From contig LSRY02000005.1 of NCBI GenBank assembly GCA_001643675.2, forward strand, positions 372,001-436,000: a DNA stretch of 64,000 nt. Direction: 5' to 3'. Positions 25,900 through 40,500 of the stretch are shown here, one piece after another (the first letter of the stretch is position 1; each line of letters begins with the position of its first letter). The position numbers were made by a program, and so were the translations under genes. Under the pieces are notes generated by a model. It did no database searches. It was not told the DNA's origin and was given only the letters and a program-made list of their open reading frames with translations. This DNA is from Monocercomonoides exilis PA203 (lineage: Eukaryota > Protista > Preaxostyla).

Positions 25900-28800
25900 T
25901 TATTTGTTTCACTGCTGAGTGTTTCAACAACCGCACTTGGAAGAACACTCAAAAGAAGCAACAGATGAAAAGCGCTTGCTGCCTTCAAGCGGATAGTTCG
26001 TATGAAGACATACACGGGCTCAAGAATTGCTTCACCAGAGTTCAAATCAGAAGTGCTGGGGCTGACAAACAAGAAGGGAGGAAGTGGAAATAACATCAAC
26101 AATAACAATAATAATAGTAATAGGAAGAAGAAGCTATTACGTGTTGTGATGGAACAAGTGCCGCTGGCTATACCAAGAGGAAGACCACCGAAGATGTGGA
26201 GGAAGAAGATGATGACGGCGATGGGGCTGAGTCAGCAGGGGAAGAAGAGCGAAGGAGGAGTAAGTGCAAATGTGACTGCACAGAATGCGAGGCGTTTGAA
26301 GTCAACTGTTGTAACATTGGAGAGTTAGAGGAAGCTTGGAAACAAAGAGAAAGTGAAAGAAGAGGAGAAAAAAAGGAGAAAGGAGAAAGGAAAAAGATAA
26401 GAAAAGAATTATTTCTGTGTTTAAAGAGCTTTTATCAGATGAATTGGAGTTTTGCAGGCAAAAAGGTGAAAAGCGGAGAGGATAAGCGAGCGTGAAAGGG
26501 AAAGGAAAAGCGAAAGGAAAAGCATTCAGATCAAAGACAAGTCCGACGTTGAATTTATATGATGTGCTGAGTGAGCTGCTTTCGAGAGAGCTGGAGCTGC
26601 TACGTGTGGCAGATGGCTGCATCACATTTAACTCTTCTGAGTCTGACACGAGTGGGACAAGTGGAAGAAGTGAATGAAACACCGATAAAAATGAATATGA
26701 CGAGGAAGTGGATGATGATGAGGAGGAGGAGGAGAAAGAAGAGAATGATAAGGATAAAGAAGAGGGGAAAGAAGAAGATTTGAAGTTATACAGGATTCTC
26801 AGTGCAAAAATATCTTTGACAAGCATACAAGCCAACCGCTAGATACAGAAAAAGTACAGATCTGTTTTTGAATATGACACAACAGTCACATTCAACTCTG
26901 CAAAAATGAGAGAAAACAGCTCAGTCGAAACAACATTCAAAGCAGCTGAGATGAAAGAGAGACAGAAGAAGGAGGCAGTCACGATGCTGAAGGAGAACAC
27001 ACTGAAACTGACACATGGAAGGATCATTCCGACAATCAAGCCAGCTGACCTTCTGCTACCGACTAATCTTGTTCAGGAAGAGGAAAGAAGGGAAAAGACA
27101 CCAAAAAGAAAGATGTGGCCGAGAGGGAAATGGAAGAATGTGTATTATTTGAAGCGGAATGAAGAGAGGAGAGAGAGAATGAACGGAGCAGGTGCAGCAG
27201 ACTCAGAAGAAGCAGAAGAAGATAGCGAGAATGACGATAGCGATGATAGTTACGTTAGCGATGATGAAGATTATTTCGATATATCACGATCTGCTGACGC
27301 ATTAAATGCCAATAAAGCAGACAAGGCAGCGGAAAGAAAAGAAGACTCATACACACTCCATGCCTTGCGCTTCACTCCAAAGCAGCGAAAGACGCTTTCA
27401 TCTGAATCCAAAAAGAGAAATCAGAAGAAGTCGCATGTCACTTTCTCACACACCTCAACCATCTCCAGCGGAGAGCTCAGTCCAACCCATCTGCCTCTGT
27501 CCCTCCTTTAGCCAAGCCCGCAAAGGAAAATGGAGAGAAAGAAGAAGGTGAGAATGCAATTGGCTCAGAAGGCAGCAGAGAAGCCCGGCAGAACCCGCAC
27601 AGAAGTCACAGCAATTACAGTTTGTTGGCTGTTTCTGTGTCACGAAGGCATCTTGTCCTGTCTGCCATCAGAGCAGCACTAAACAGATCAACGCAGACAT
27701 GCCTCAGAACAGCTGCGGCGAACGTGTTTGCGAAGGCTTCTTCATGAGAGAGTTTGTCAAGCCAGACAGACATGCCAATGCAAATGGAGAAGATGGAGGA
27801 GGAGGAGGAGTGGATGACTATGGAAATCCTTCTGTGTTTGGGAGAAAATACAGACAGAAGACAGGGCTGGAGACGCTGTTTGTGCGGTCGATGCAGCAGA
27901 TAGGGCAGAAAGAAGGCACTTCTTTGCTTCACTCTCTCGGAAAGGAGCTATTCCATCTTTTCAACCAGCTTTGGCCACCTCAGCTTCCAAAGCAAACAAC
28001 CATTCCTTCTTCGCATGCCGGGACAACAGGGGGAATATTGGCAAATGATGCGAACTCGTTTCTGAGCCTGTTGCGTGGAACGAGGCTGTTCAGCTTGGGA
28101 GGAGAAGATACCGTGAGTGATATGCAACTGGTGGAGAACATGAGAAAGTAGATGAGTTTGTGGAGAGGAGAAGGAAGGGCACTGTGGAAGGAAGGGACGC
28201 TGCAAATGGCACGGCGGAGTTGTTTTGCGAAGAGAGGTGAATCTACAGCAACGAGTTTGAAGTGCATAAAAAGATCAATAGAGATAATGGTAATGGCATC
28301 TCTTCAGATTCAATTGACAATGAAACATTTGCAGTCAACACGATTATTTGCAGACCCGCTTCTGTTTGCTTCGTCTGTCTTTATCAAAGACAAGTAAATA
28401 TTACCGTCTGCCTCAGAAAATATAATTTTAGTTCCTCCTCAATGAACGGCATATGTCCCATCCATCGGAGAAACTCAGCTCGAACTGACAAATCCATCTT
28501 TTCAGGTTGTTCCGCTGCGCACTGAACATCCACAGAAAGGAAAGAAGCATTCGATTCTGTCTTCTCTAAAGTTTTCATGAGTGCTTCTTGTCAATGCGTG
28601 CCCTCTCATGCTTTCTTATCCTCTAACTTCAATTATCCGTACTCTGCCTTCTAAGCTGCTTTCAGCATCTTTCACTTCATCTTCAGTATTCTACATCCCT
28701 TCTCTATTCATATTTTTATGTCGCTTCTTTTTCAATTTCTCAGTCCATATTATCCTTCAGCACAACACCTGCCATCATCTCAATTTCCACGCAGCCACTC

Positions 28801-29190
28801 ACCCTTTTGCCGCGTAGTCCAATCGCCTACTGCTTCGTCTGCCGGTATCACTAACTGCACTCACAGTTGTTATCACCGTTGCTCACAGCCTGATGGTGAA
28901 GAAGGTCCTGTTCCACTTAATATCAGCCATATTCGAGACACACCATGACCAGAAACCTTCTTCTTCTCCTTCGATGTTCATTTCTGCCTCTCTCATTCAG
29001 CGGTTGAAGGCTGTTGGTGCTTCATTCACACAACAAGCCACACCTTCCGCTTTTGCTTCCGTTCAGCAAACATCTGAACATCAGTCGACTTCATTGGTAT
29101 CGAAGGTTGCAACAAACGCACAGGATATGAATGGATCTTCAAACGCTGCTACTGTGGGAGCTAATACAACTTCTGTTGGTAGTGAGTGAA
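25900..29190 (+). pseudogene. Unidentified frameshifted gene fragments (cargo)
   Basis: Chain of broken plus-strand ORFs (26002-28397, 28893-29189) with coding-like composition and Cys motifs (CKCDCTEC, CPVC). No family recognised. Confidence 0.35.
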
Positions 29191-32146
29191 TGCGTAAGGA
29201 ACAGCAAGTGGAAGAAGAGGAGAACTTTCCTATCAGATAAAGATAGGCTAATTCTCAGTTATTCTTCCACATCAGCTGATGACAAGCATCACCTCCTCTC
29301 AGTCACTTTTCTCTTCTCTTTCGCAATCTCCTTCTCCTTCTCCCTCTTCTCCTTCATTCACATAAAAAAATTCTCCATCCTCAGTTTCCCTCCCTTTTCC
29401 TTCGACTCATTCTCTTTCACTTCAGCGTTATCAACGAACATCTCCTTCTCTTTCTTTTCTCCCAGCCATCTGGAACAATTCTTGAGAATTCGACGATGCG
29501 AAGTCAACTTTCTCGAATTCTTTCTCATTTGTTAAAGGATGCTCTTTCATCTTCACCTGCAACTATCCTCCTTGTTCTGCTTTTGTCACAGCTACAATCT
29601 AATTCATAATCTTCTTCTTCTTCCTTCTTCTTCTTCTTCTTCTTCTTCTTCTTCTTCTTCTTCCTTTTTCTCTTCCACTACTACCACTTCTTCTTTTTCT
29701 TCTTCTTCCGATCGTATTTCTTCATTTTTGCATCTTCATAAGTGATAATAACCGAAATAAAAAAGAATGGAATTTATGATGAAAAGAAACGGGTTGAAGA
29801 TGAGAAGATGATTGTTTTGTGAACGAAGAGAATGAAGATAAAAAGAAAGATAAATTTATTAAAGACTGAATATTACGAATGGAAATCGGATTAAAATAAT
29901 TGAAGAGATTAAAAAAGAAAAAAGTATAATATGGAAGAGGAGAGAAGTTGGAAGAGAAGACTTCAACGAGAAGAAAAAGAACGCTAAAACGGAGAAATAA
30001 TCAATTGTTATTTATCTGAATCATTCCGTCTGCTGCTTCTTTTTCATAGGTGTCTTAAAGCACAGCAACAAACTTCAGGGAAGGGATTTAAAAGGTGATG
30101 CTTCGAAGAGCTTATCCGTGGTTGGGAAGCTACTTGGAAGTGCCAGGGAGTGCGCAGTGGACGGGCTGATCTGTTGCAGGTGAACAAGCAGCGGTCGACA
30201 TGCACACAGTTGTTCGCCTCTGAGCTGGTCGAAAAAAATGGTGGTGAAGAAAGAGTTCATCATGCTGAAGAAGCTTATTGACTTTTTTAAAACAAAAAGA
30301 TGAAAATGACACGCTGAATCATTCAGTTGCCACATTCGTGGTCATGAGATGATCGAGGGAGCAGCTGGAACCATCGTCGAACAGGAGCACATGCGAGGCT
30401 GCACTTAGGGTGAAGAGGTTGGCGTGGCATAGAAAGAGAGAGGAAGCAGGAAGATGAAAAACAGGGCAGGTGAGGTGGAGGGAATGGACAGATATGTTGG
30501 AAAGGCGAAGGTTGCCTTGGCAAGAACAAATGAGAGGAAAGCTGAGGTCGATATGATGTTCGGGGAAGAATAAGAGGGAGGAGGACACAGCAAGCGATCA
30601 GTCGAGGAGGTCGAAGACTTAGGTGCAGGCGAATATAAAAGAGGAATGGAAGGAGAAGTGGTGGCTGGAGTACATGCAGGTATTGAAAAAAACGACAACA
30701 ACAACGAGAAAATGGTTGTGATGCGAACATGAACAAGACTTAACGAGACAGATACGATTCGGATGAAGGAAAGGCAACCCTGGTGGAAGATGTGGAGATA
30801 GGCTATGGAGAGGAAGGCACAGGGCGCAAGCAAGGAGCAGCGCTGGAGGGCAGAGGAGCAAGTGTCCTGGATAACGAATATATGGAAAGCGCGGTAGAAG
30901 GTGATGAAGAGGAGGAAGAAGATATCCACATCGAGGTCAAGGCCGGACTATGAGGAGTCGGAGCTACAGATGGAGGTGTTTGTAGCAAGAGAAGGATAGG
31001 TGAAGTCGAGAAAAAAGAGGGACTCATTGTTTTGGGCATGAATGCTGGAACAACGAAGAAAGATATCCATGTTCACTAAACAGTTCAAACAATAGCCTTC
31101 AAAATAGCGCCAGAGACGAAACAACAGATTCACATTGCTTTGTTCAATTTTCGGGAGAATAAGAAAAAAAAATGCATTGACAGAGGTGGAACATACAATG
31201 TTACCGGTTTGATGCTCAGCTACGGAGGATAATACTCTGGCTGACTCAACATTTGCGTCAGGAGCAAGAAATACTGAAAGAGAAAGTTAAGAAGCGCTCT
31301 TCTGAAAAGTAGTGGATGCGCTTCAAGCTGGCTAACTTCTTTCTCGACTAAAAAGCAGAAGGATCTCTGTCAGGAAATTCAACTGAGTTGGCAAAGATAA
31401 AGGAAGGAGAAGAAACAGAGAAGAACAGATAACACAGAGAATGTGAGATCTTTGGAGTCGTTGAAGCAATAGAATGCGATGCCAAAAAGAAAAAGATGAA
31501 AAATGAGAATATTTGAGGAAGAGGAGGAAGAAGAAATGAGGATGGTTGAGGGGCGGAAGCGTTTTAAGAAATAAATTCTTAACTTCGCAAAATTTTTCTT
31601 TTAAAATTTTCAGTTTTGTTTTTTTTTCAAACTTTGATCAATTAATAAAAAAAGTAATTTTAAGAATTAATGTTTTTTAACAATAATTAACAACAAAGTG
31701 TTGTTTATTAGATAAATATCTAGCTTTCTATCATATTTTTGTCTCTTTGCTTTTAAAATTGTTTGTTTTCGACAAACGTTTTTGGATCTTCAACAGCAAT
31801 TTTTGAATTTCTTTCCATTAACATTATAAAACTAATTTCATTCTAAAAAGTAATTAATAGTATATTGTTTTAATTGTTTTCATGTTTTCAAACATGTGAA
31901 CTTTTGCGTTTTTATGTTTATAAAATTTTCGAAATATTTTGAATAGTTTTTTATTATGTTTTTTTCAAAATTTGTAATAAAAACAATTTAAATAAATTAA
32001 AAATCAACAAATTAATTATTATAATAATATATTAATGCATATTTTCGCAAAATTTTTCAGAAATATTTTCTTATTAACCAAACCCTTAATGAAAAAATAT
32101 TTTGATCAACCATCGTAATTTTTTATGATATCAAAAAAAATCACCC

Positions 32147-33500
32147 ATATGAAGCATTTTCTTCTTTGATATTATCCATGTCATCATGCAAAATTCTTCG
32201 AAAAACTCTTTTCTTCTTTGACTTCAATAGAAGATTATCTTCAACGTTTTCTGTTTCTTCTTCGGCTTCTGAACATTTCGCACTTGATCAAAAAATTATA
32301 TCTTCTTCCCACTTTTCTGAGAAATCTACGTTTGTAAGCAATTTTCCGCGAAAATAATAACGATTTGAAAAAGATGACAACTGCAATGTAGAGAATTTGT
32401 GTAATTTTCAGAAACTGGTCCTGATGATTTATGCAAAACACCACTAGCATCGAAGGTATTCTTTATCACTGACGGTGCGAATGCATAGCGAAGAGCTTGA
32501 GGAAGGATGTCTGCAAAAGCCTTTCAGTTGGAAGTTGGAGTTGAAGGTTGTGAGATTTTTTTTTGATGAATTATGAACTGATTTTAGAACAGCAAACACA
32601 TCTCTATCGAGAGGTTACGAAATATGTGTTGTGTGAAAAATAAATGGAATGACATCCACATTTGATTCCAAAATTTATCTCCAAATAACAGAGTTTGTAC
32701 CAGAGCTGTGCAAATCCACGAATAGCAAACATCTCTCTTCCGTTTATTCCATTCTTTTCTTTCTTTCTTTTATTTCTGGAAGCAGAACACTCAAAGAGCA
32801 TCGTTCGAATAGAGAAAATGTTATCCAACCGTTAGTATTGCTCCACACATCAAGCGAAGGAGATTGCAAAGGAGTCAACTATTCTGGAATATTGGAACTC
32901 GGACAAAGAACAATTGCAAGCAAAGAAAAGCCATCCGAGGCAACAGCAGCCACAAGTGTCGCGTTTCTCACTCTCAAAGGAGCAAGGCAATAGGCTGAAG
33001 GAGACTCCGAGGATGTCGCAACTTGTTTTTAGCAATTATCAGATAATCTTAATGATGTTTAATCTGCATCAAAGATCAGCTCCCTTCGGTATTTGTGCGT
33101 TGAATGCAAATCATTAAGCATTTCATTCCTAGGTTTCAACACGTCCTATCAAGATGCCGTAAGAAGTTTTGCATCCAAAATCTTTGGCTTTTGTTATTTC
33201 AATTCGAGTTGAATTTTCAAGAAGGAATAAGCAACAGATTTTGAAATTTTCTTTTTTTGGTGAAGCATCTTCAATAATATCTGATTCTTCATCTTCAATC
33301 GCATTTTCAATCTAAATAGAATCAAATAAATAGAAAATAGAAATATTTAGAAAACCAATTCTTTTGTTTTTCGTCGTCGGGTTTGTTCCACACTTTGCTT
33401 CGATTTTTATAACGTCTGAAACAATTTCGTTTTTTTCCTTGCGCAGTGATGATGTCCTTCCCACTTTAATAACATCTCTGTCATTTTGAACAGCTTTCAC
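32147..33500 (-). pseudogene. Degenerate pogo/DDE_1 transposase (its C-terminus continues at 13941-13875)
   Basis: Minus-strand NATLVAAVASDGFSL, LDVWSNTNGW, CLLFVDLHSS and HTTHIS*PLDRDVFAVLK parallel the copy at 57600-58070. Many stops. Confidence 0.85.
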
Positions 33501-33561
33501 TACATTTTTTTTCTTTTTTTCATTTTTTCATTTTTTTCTTTTTTCTTTTTCTTTTTCTTTT

Positions 33562-33601
<40 letters not shown>

Positions 33602-34502
33602 TTTTTTTTTTTTGATCATTATAAAAACAAATCTATTTTTTGGGAAATAATCAAAAAAAGTCCTTTTCCAACAGTCAAGAGACATTTAAAGTTCTGAGAC
33701 AGGAAGTTTTTGCTTTAATGAATTTTTGTTTATTCAATTTGTTTTTAAGCGGATTTTTCATGTTTTTTTCATACGAAAATTTCACAAATGAATTAAATTG
33801 TTATCCTGAAATCAAATTAACACATCTGTTCATCTACAGATGATAAACATAATTTAATATACGAATATTCTCTGTTTCTTATTGAAAATTATATCTATCA
33901 CAAGGAAATTGAAAAAAGGTGCCAATTAAAACACCAACTAATAAATTAACCAAAAAAAATATAGAAAATTTCAGAAGTCAATGTCATGAATGCAATAAGA
34001 ACAAACCCATTCTTTATTTTGTAATTTTGAAACACATATGATAATTCATTTCCAATTTAATTAACGATTATGGATGAATAATTCTTCGTTCGTTAAAAAA
34101 AAAATACAACATTATCTTTTTCATAATTTGGAAAATGTTTTTTTCTGAACGCAGTTGGGTTAAACATACGAATTAATAAACAATTAATTGAAAAGAAATG
34201 AAATTTCACAACTTAATTTCTTGATAATACATAGATATTCAAAAAATATTTTATTAATTTGTTTTATTTAGCTATTTTTATTTATTTATTTATTTAATAT
34301 TTTTTATCAAATTTCAAAGAATTCAACTGATTTTGACATACAAAATGAAAAATTTTGTTATTCACAAAAAAATGTGATTAATGATACCTCAAAAACATTT
34401 AACTCTTGTTGTTATTAAATCAATAAATATTTTTGATCGAACTATAATAAATTATATGGCACACATAATTAAAAATTTTCATTCATTTATTTTTCCTCCT
34501 GC

Positions 34503-37500
34503 ATGCTGAAGATTGTACTTATCTGCTTTTTTCATCATATATTTGGCTCGTACACAGATGAAAATGCAGAAAACATTGATACCATCGTTCAACCGATAGA
34601 TGAACTAATGAAAGAACAACAATTTTCAAAACACAAATTGACGTCTTTCCTGCAGAACTTCGAAAACTTTTCTCAATCAGATTTGATGAAGAAAACACGG
34701 AACGTCAAAGATTATTGTGAAAATAAGAAATTGATAAAAGAAAAAACTTTCATTTATGGATGCTTTGAAGAAAAGAACTCATCAATAGAATTGAAAGCAA
34801 TTAGCCTTTACCAGTCAAACAGAAACAGTTTATTTCTTGTTGATTCGCTCTCAAGTGCAAGAATCGAAGATTGCCAAATTTTCATTGAAAAAAGCCAAAC
34901 GAAGTGGATTGTGGAGAGTTTTGGAGGAAGAACTGTTTTTTCAAATGTTTCGCTTGCTCCTGAGAAATCAAAGTCTTTTGTGCCTTGCATTCAGCATGGC
35001 AGGAGTCCAAAAAACTGTTTTGAAGGATTTTCCTCTTTGGAATTGAGCTTCTGCCATTTCTCCTCATTTTGTGTTGATGGAACCCGACCATTCGTTGGAA
35101 GCTCTGATGCACAGAGAGTGTTTGTGAGTGGATGTACATTCGAGAATGTTTCACATGCAAATGTTGAACAAAATGTTTGTCCACAAAGCTTGAAAAGAAA
35201 CATCCCAGGAGGAGAATGCTTGGTGACAAACAGCCAGTTTTCTTCTGTGGACAATGCATATTATGGAAGCATATTTGAAGGACTGAAGATGCAGAGCGGA
35301 ATGTTTGGGGCTTTCAACAGCTCATTTGAGAAAAGCACAAAAACAGTCATAACAACAAGATATGAGACAACAGAAGGAGACACAGAATTTATCGATTGCA
35401 TTTTCAAAGATTTGTCTGGAAGCAATGGTGGTGCCATTGATCACTTTTCAAGTGGATCGGCAACAATTGCAAGATGTGATTTTATGGTATGGCTTTTATT
35501 TTAATTTGACTTTTTAATGATCTTCGATAATCATTTTCGTCTTTTATTACATTGAATTTACACTTATAGAGATGTTGGAGCTTCGTTAATGATGGAGCAA
35601 TGCGGTTATGCCATGGAATTCATAATGCAACAAACTGCACATTCAATTTATGCTGGTCAAATGCACATACAGGTGGAGCAACATTTCTTTATGCTTCGTC
35701 AGGCAAATATGTTGGATTGAACTTTTCATCTTGCTTGGATTCCAAAGGAGGAAATTGCGTTCACTTCAGAAACAGTCAGTTGTCATTTTTTGATTCATGT
35801 TGTTTTGTGAACGGAACAACAACAGGAACTGTAAATGGAGGCGCTCTTCAAGAGCTTGGATCAAATCCAGCAACAATCACGAATTGCCTTTTCAAAAATA
35901 ATACTGCATCCCAGGTGAATGGAGGGGGTATCACATTCAATATTTACTCTGACAACTATGTGAATGAATTCTTAATTGAATTTTGTCTTTTTGACAACAA
36001 CACAGCAAAAGAAGGTCACGATTTCTATGCTTCATCCCAATATGCGAGCGTGATAAACTTCAATTGCTTTGTGGGCTGCCGTTCACTTTCATCGAATTTG
36101 ACAGGTCGAAGAGTAGTGATTGAAGGAGGAACTGCGAGCGATGAATGGATTCCTTTGTTTGTTGGAAAAGTGCATGCAGACAGTGGAAATGGAACAGATG
36201 AGTGGATATGTGGCACAGCTGACAGACCTTGCAAAACATTGAACCATTCACTGTGGATGTCTGATGTGAGGAGAGAAATGCAAGAGTTTGTGCTTGGCGA
36301 AGGCGTCTATGGGGATACTGAACTGGTAGTGAATGCAATGGGGATGAAGTTTGAAGGCAGCGGTGCAAGTTCGACAAGGATGGAGCCAAGAGCGGAGGGA
36401 GGTGCTGGGATGAAGATCACAAGTGAAAAGCTGATTGTTGAAAAGATATGCCTGGTTCACAATTCTGGATTGTGGAAAGGATCGCATCTGCTCAAGATTG
36501 AAGGAAGTGCAGGAGTGGCAGAGCTTCGAGATGCAGTGTTGAGGAGTGAAAGAAATGCAGAAGGGGATGAGCAAGCAGAAGTGTTTGAGAAGAGCGTCAT
36601 TGAGATTGGCGATGGAGAATTGATATGCAACAATGTTTCAATGAAATGGATGAAGAGCAAACAGGAGCTGGTGAGCATTGGTGCAGCTGGAACTGCAAGG
36701 ATTGAAGTGAGCACATTTTTGGAGATTGAACGAAGCGAAGGAGATGGAAGTGTGTTTTGTGGGGTTGTGGAGGATGGAAAGGTGATGGAGCTGAGTGGTA
36801 TTTCATTTGAAGGTTGCAGATGTTTGAGCGGGAGTGGTGGTGCATTGTGGTTGGAGATGAAGATGGGAAGCAGGGTGGGGATTGGGAACACGACCAGTTC
36901 TGATGAGAAGACGATGTTTGAGTCGTGCATTGCGGGAGGATCAGAAACAAGAGGGAATGGGGGAGGAGGATATGGAGGAGGAGTGTATTTATATGTCTGC
37001 GAGGGGATGAGAGACTTTGTGGTGAAAAATGTTGGATTTTCGAATTGTGAGGCAAGGGTCGGGAGGAACATGTTTGTGTTTGCGCTAAAGCTGAACGATT
37101 GCGTGACTGTGGAATCATTCGTGTTTGATGTTGGGAATTGGAGTGAAGACACAAATGGATTTGTGGGAAGTGATTGTGTGTTCACAGAAACAGATTTGTT
37201 GCGCTTTGTAATTCTGTTCAAAGGCAGAATTGTGCATGTGGCAGAAGACGGATATGATGTGATGAGATGTGGGAGCATTGAGGATCCGTGCATGAGCTTG
37301 TGGAAAGGGTTGATGCATGTTGATGATTGTGAAGAAGAGAGAATGATCGAGATTATTGAGAAGACGAAAATGGACGATACACTTGATGTGTCTGGAATAA
37401 AGATCGAGGCATATGGAGGAACAATGATTGAGGGGGATGCGAAGGCAACAATTATTGTTGAAGTGAAACAGAGGATGGACGGTGTGGGACTGGTGAACAG

Positions 37501-40500
37501 CAAGAATGCGGGATTTGAAGGGATCCGATTTGAAGTTGTGAAGGATGAAGAGTGCTTGAAAACAGTAATAATAGCAAACAACGAAGGAATTCTGTCACTC
37601 ACAAGATGCGCATTGAGAATTGAAGAGAATGAATTCGTTGGAGAGATTGTTTTTGTCCACCTGATTAAAGGAGAGCTGAAGGGAAAGGGAATTGAGATGG
37701 AAAGTGAAAGTGCGTGCAATGGAATGTTTGTTGTTGAGAGCGGGTGCGGATGCGTTGTGGAAGAACTGAAAGTGGAAGGATGCAAAGTGAAAAGTGGGGC
37801 ATTGATATGTGTGAGAGTTGGGATGGAAGCAGGGGAAAGAAAAGGGAATATTGACGATCAAGAGGCAGGGATTGGGATTGCGAACTCGAGCATTGGGTGG
37901 GTGGATGGAGAAGGGAGTGATGCGGTTGTGTTGAAGAGCGAGGGAGAGGTGAGTGTTGGGGCAGAGGTGAATGGAACGAAAGTGGAGGGGTGCAAATGTG
38001 GAAGAAGCACAAAAGGAGGAGGGATGTGTTGGCAGATGAGTGCTGGGGGCCGGCTCCGTGTGAGTGAATGCAGCGTGGTGCAGTGCGGATGCTCTGGGGT
38101 CAGTGGGAGAGGAGGAGGAGTGTATGTTGGGGCAGAGGTTGATGGGGTGTTGGACTTTGTGTTTGAGGGAGACAAGTTCGAAGGGAACACGGCATATATT
38201 GGGAGGCATATTTTTGTTGCTTGCCACAACATCTCTTCACAGATCAACGAAACACAATTTCGAATGGATTTGAGAGGCATTTCTGGGCAGGCGCACATGA
38301 TATCAGGATCAGACGCAACAGATCACAGGGAAGATACAGACTTGATGCCGTTCATCACGATATATCAGTCATCGACGATCTTTGTGAGCTCTGGAGGAGC
38401 AAAAGGCGGGGAGAACAACAGACAATGTGGGAAAGAAGACAAGTGCTGTGAAACGCTGGGATATGGGCTGGCACACATTGTGCACGAGTATGGAACGCGA
38501 GTTGTGGTGGATGAAGCAAGTGAAGTGGAAACAGAGATCAAGCTGGAGAATCTCACACTGCTGGCAAAGGGAAGCAGGGCAACGGTCGGGATGGGCAGAT
38601 TGGTGAGGAAAGAGAAGGGTTGTGTTGTGGAGTGCAAGGGGAATGTGAGTGTGGAGAGAATCAGCTTTGAGGTTCCAGAAGTCTTTCCAACAGAACACGA
38701 GCAGATATTTGGTGTGGAGGAGGGGACACTTTCAATGAGTGAATGTTGGGTGAAGCCAGCAGAAGGATGCAATGTGTGCAGATTGCCAATGCTGATGCAT
38801 GGAGAAAGATCATCAGTCACAATAACTGGATTAATTGTTTCACAGTTTGCATGTGCTTCGCTTGTTGAATGTGTTGAGTGTGAGGTGAAGTTATCAGAAG
38901 TTGTTGTGGAGCAAGGTGAGAGCAGGAATGGGTTGATTTTCTTGAGGAATGGAGAGATGAATGCGATGAAACTTGATGTGGTGGATGTGAAAATTGAGAA
39001 TGGGCCTGCTGTCAATATGTTGAGAGAGGGTGGAAATGAGAATAATGGAATGTTACCAGATGAGAAGAGGAGGAAGCAGCTGAGAGGTGATGAGAAAAGA
39101 ATGGATATGATGTTATCAAAGTTCAACAACATCAGCAGAACAAGTGAAGGAGCGTGCGGAGTGGAATGTGAAGATGGAGAAGGGAAGATTGTGTTGCAAA
39201 ACTGTTCGTTTGCAGAATGTGAGTCAAGAAGCACTCGGGGGATTGAAGCCTCTTTTTGCAAGTGCACGAGCTTGAGCTTGGACTCATGCATGTTTGTGGG
39301 TGCTCTTGAGGAAAATGAACAAATGAAAGAAAAAGAGGGATTTGAGAGAGAAGAAATATGCAGATGGAATGGATCTGTTGTGGATGTTGAAGAGAGCGTT
39401 GTGAGCATGAAAGATGTGTCAGTCTCAAACTCATCATTGGGTGGGCTGTCTGTGAAGGGAGGAGAGGTGAATATTGACTCAGGCCTCTTTGCATTCAATA
39501 GCTTGACAATTCGAGGCTTTCCATCAGCCAGAAGAAACATAATATGCTCTGATTCTTCTGTGTTGAATATTGTGAGTCTGAAGGGAGGAGATGGGGTGAA
39601 GGATAATTCGTCATTGTGGATTCTGAATGATGGATGCATCTTGAAGGGAATTGCAGAAGAACGAGCATCACCACTGTTTATCCCAATTCTTCGATCTGCA
39701 ACATCAGAACAGAACGAAGAGCTTTTGAGCATTGTGTTCAGAGGAGCACTTCTTCTCCCGTGCAATCTTTCTTTTCGTGTGACTTCCTCCATTGGAGATG
39801 TTGAGCAGGTCGAGACTCATGAAATACCCGACTCGGGCTTTGTGAGCGAAGAGGAAGTCAATGTGGTAATTGAATCTGGAATTGTGAGAACAGCAGCTGC
39901 AAATGCAGAGGTGAGTGTGTGCATTCTGTTTGGAAATACAGAATCTCCACCTTTAACACAGTCATTCATTCTGAAGAACAAAAGTGAAGCAAAGATGAAT
40001 GGAGATGAAAGAAATGTTGAAGGAAACAAAGAAGGGAAATCCTATTGGTTACTGATTGTTATAATCATGGCAATAATTCTTTTAGTTGTTCTTATTGTCG
40101 CAGTTGCCTTTATTGTCAGATGGAAAGAACAAAAACAAAGAACGAAAGAATTGGAAGTGATTGTGGAAGATACGGTGAGAAAGGATCCAAAGGCATTTGA
40201 GATGGTTACGATGGAAATGTCTCCTGAGGAGCAGTGGAGGAGAGCAGAGAGGGAGGCAGAGCAGAAAAACGAAAGAAATGTGAAGAAGAGGGTGTATGAG
40301 AAGGCAATGGTGCATTCGGAATCTGAAGAACATCTTCTGTCTGAGAGTGGTTCCACTGAATACATTCTGGGGAAAGATTCAGACAAGATCCCAGAATGGA
40401 TGCTGGAGAAGGTTGAGGAAGAAGAGATAAGGAAGAGAACTCCTTCACCATCCATTTCATCCACTTCAACGACTGATTCAGATTCCACTTTTATCCGACC

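Larger units (their letters stand above)
13946..32146. mobile_element. Giant 18.2-kb cargo-carrying DNA transposon with GGGTGAT termini and ATAT target
   Basis: 28-bp TIR GGGTGATTTTTTTTGA(C/T)ATCATAAAAAA, 27/28 identical. ATAT at 13942-13945 and 32147-32150. The empty site restores the pogo transposase frame. Confidence 0.88.
13307..33938 (-). mobile_element. Degenerate pogo-like (DDE_1) transposon, about 2.0 kb once two nested insertions are removed
   Basis: TIR GTTGGTGTTTTTATTTGCACC (13307) matches the reverse complement of GGTGCCAATTAAAACACCAAC (ends 33938) at 19/21. Transposase remnant at about 32147-33500 with its C-terminus at about 13875-13941. Confidence 0.75.

Noticed and set aside
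29300-31550. Possible retrotransposon (reverse transcriptase) remnant on the minus strand
   Set aside because: No YxDD or other RT/endonuclease motif recognised; left as unidentified decayed cargo.
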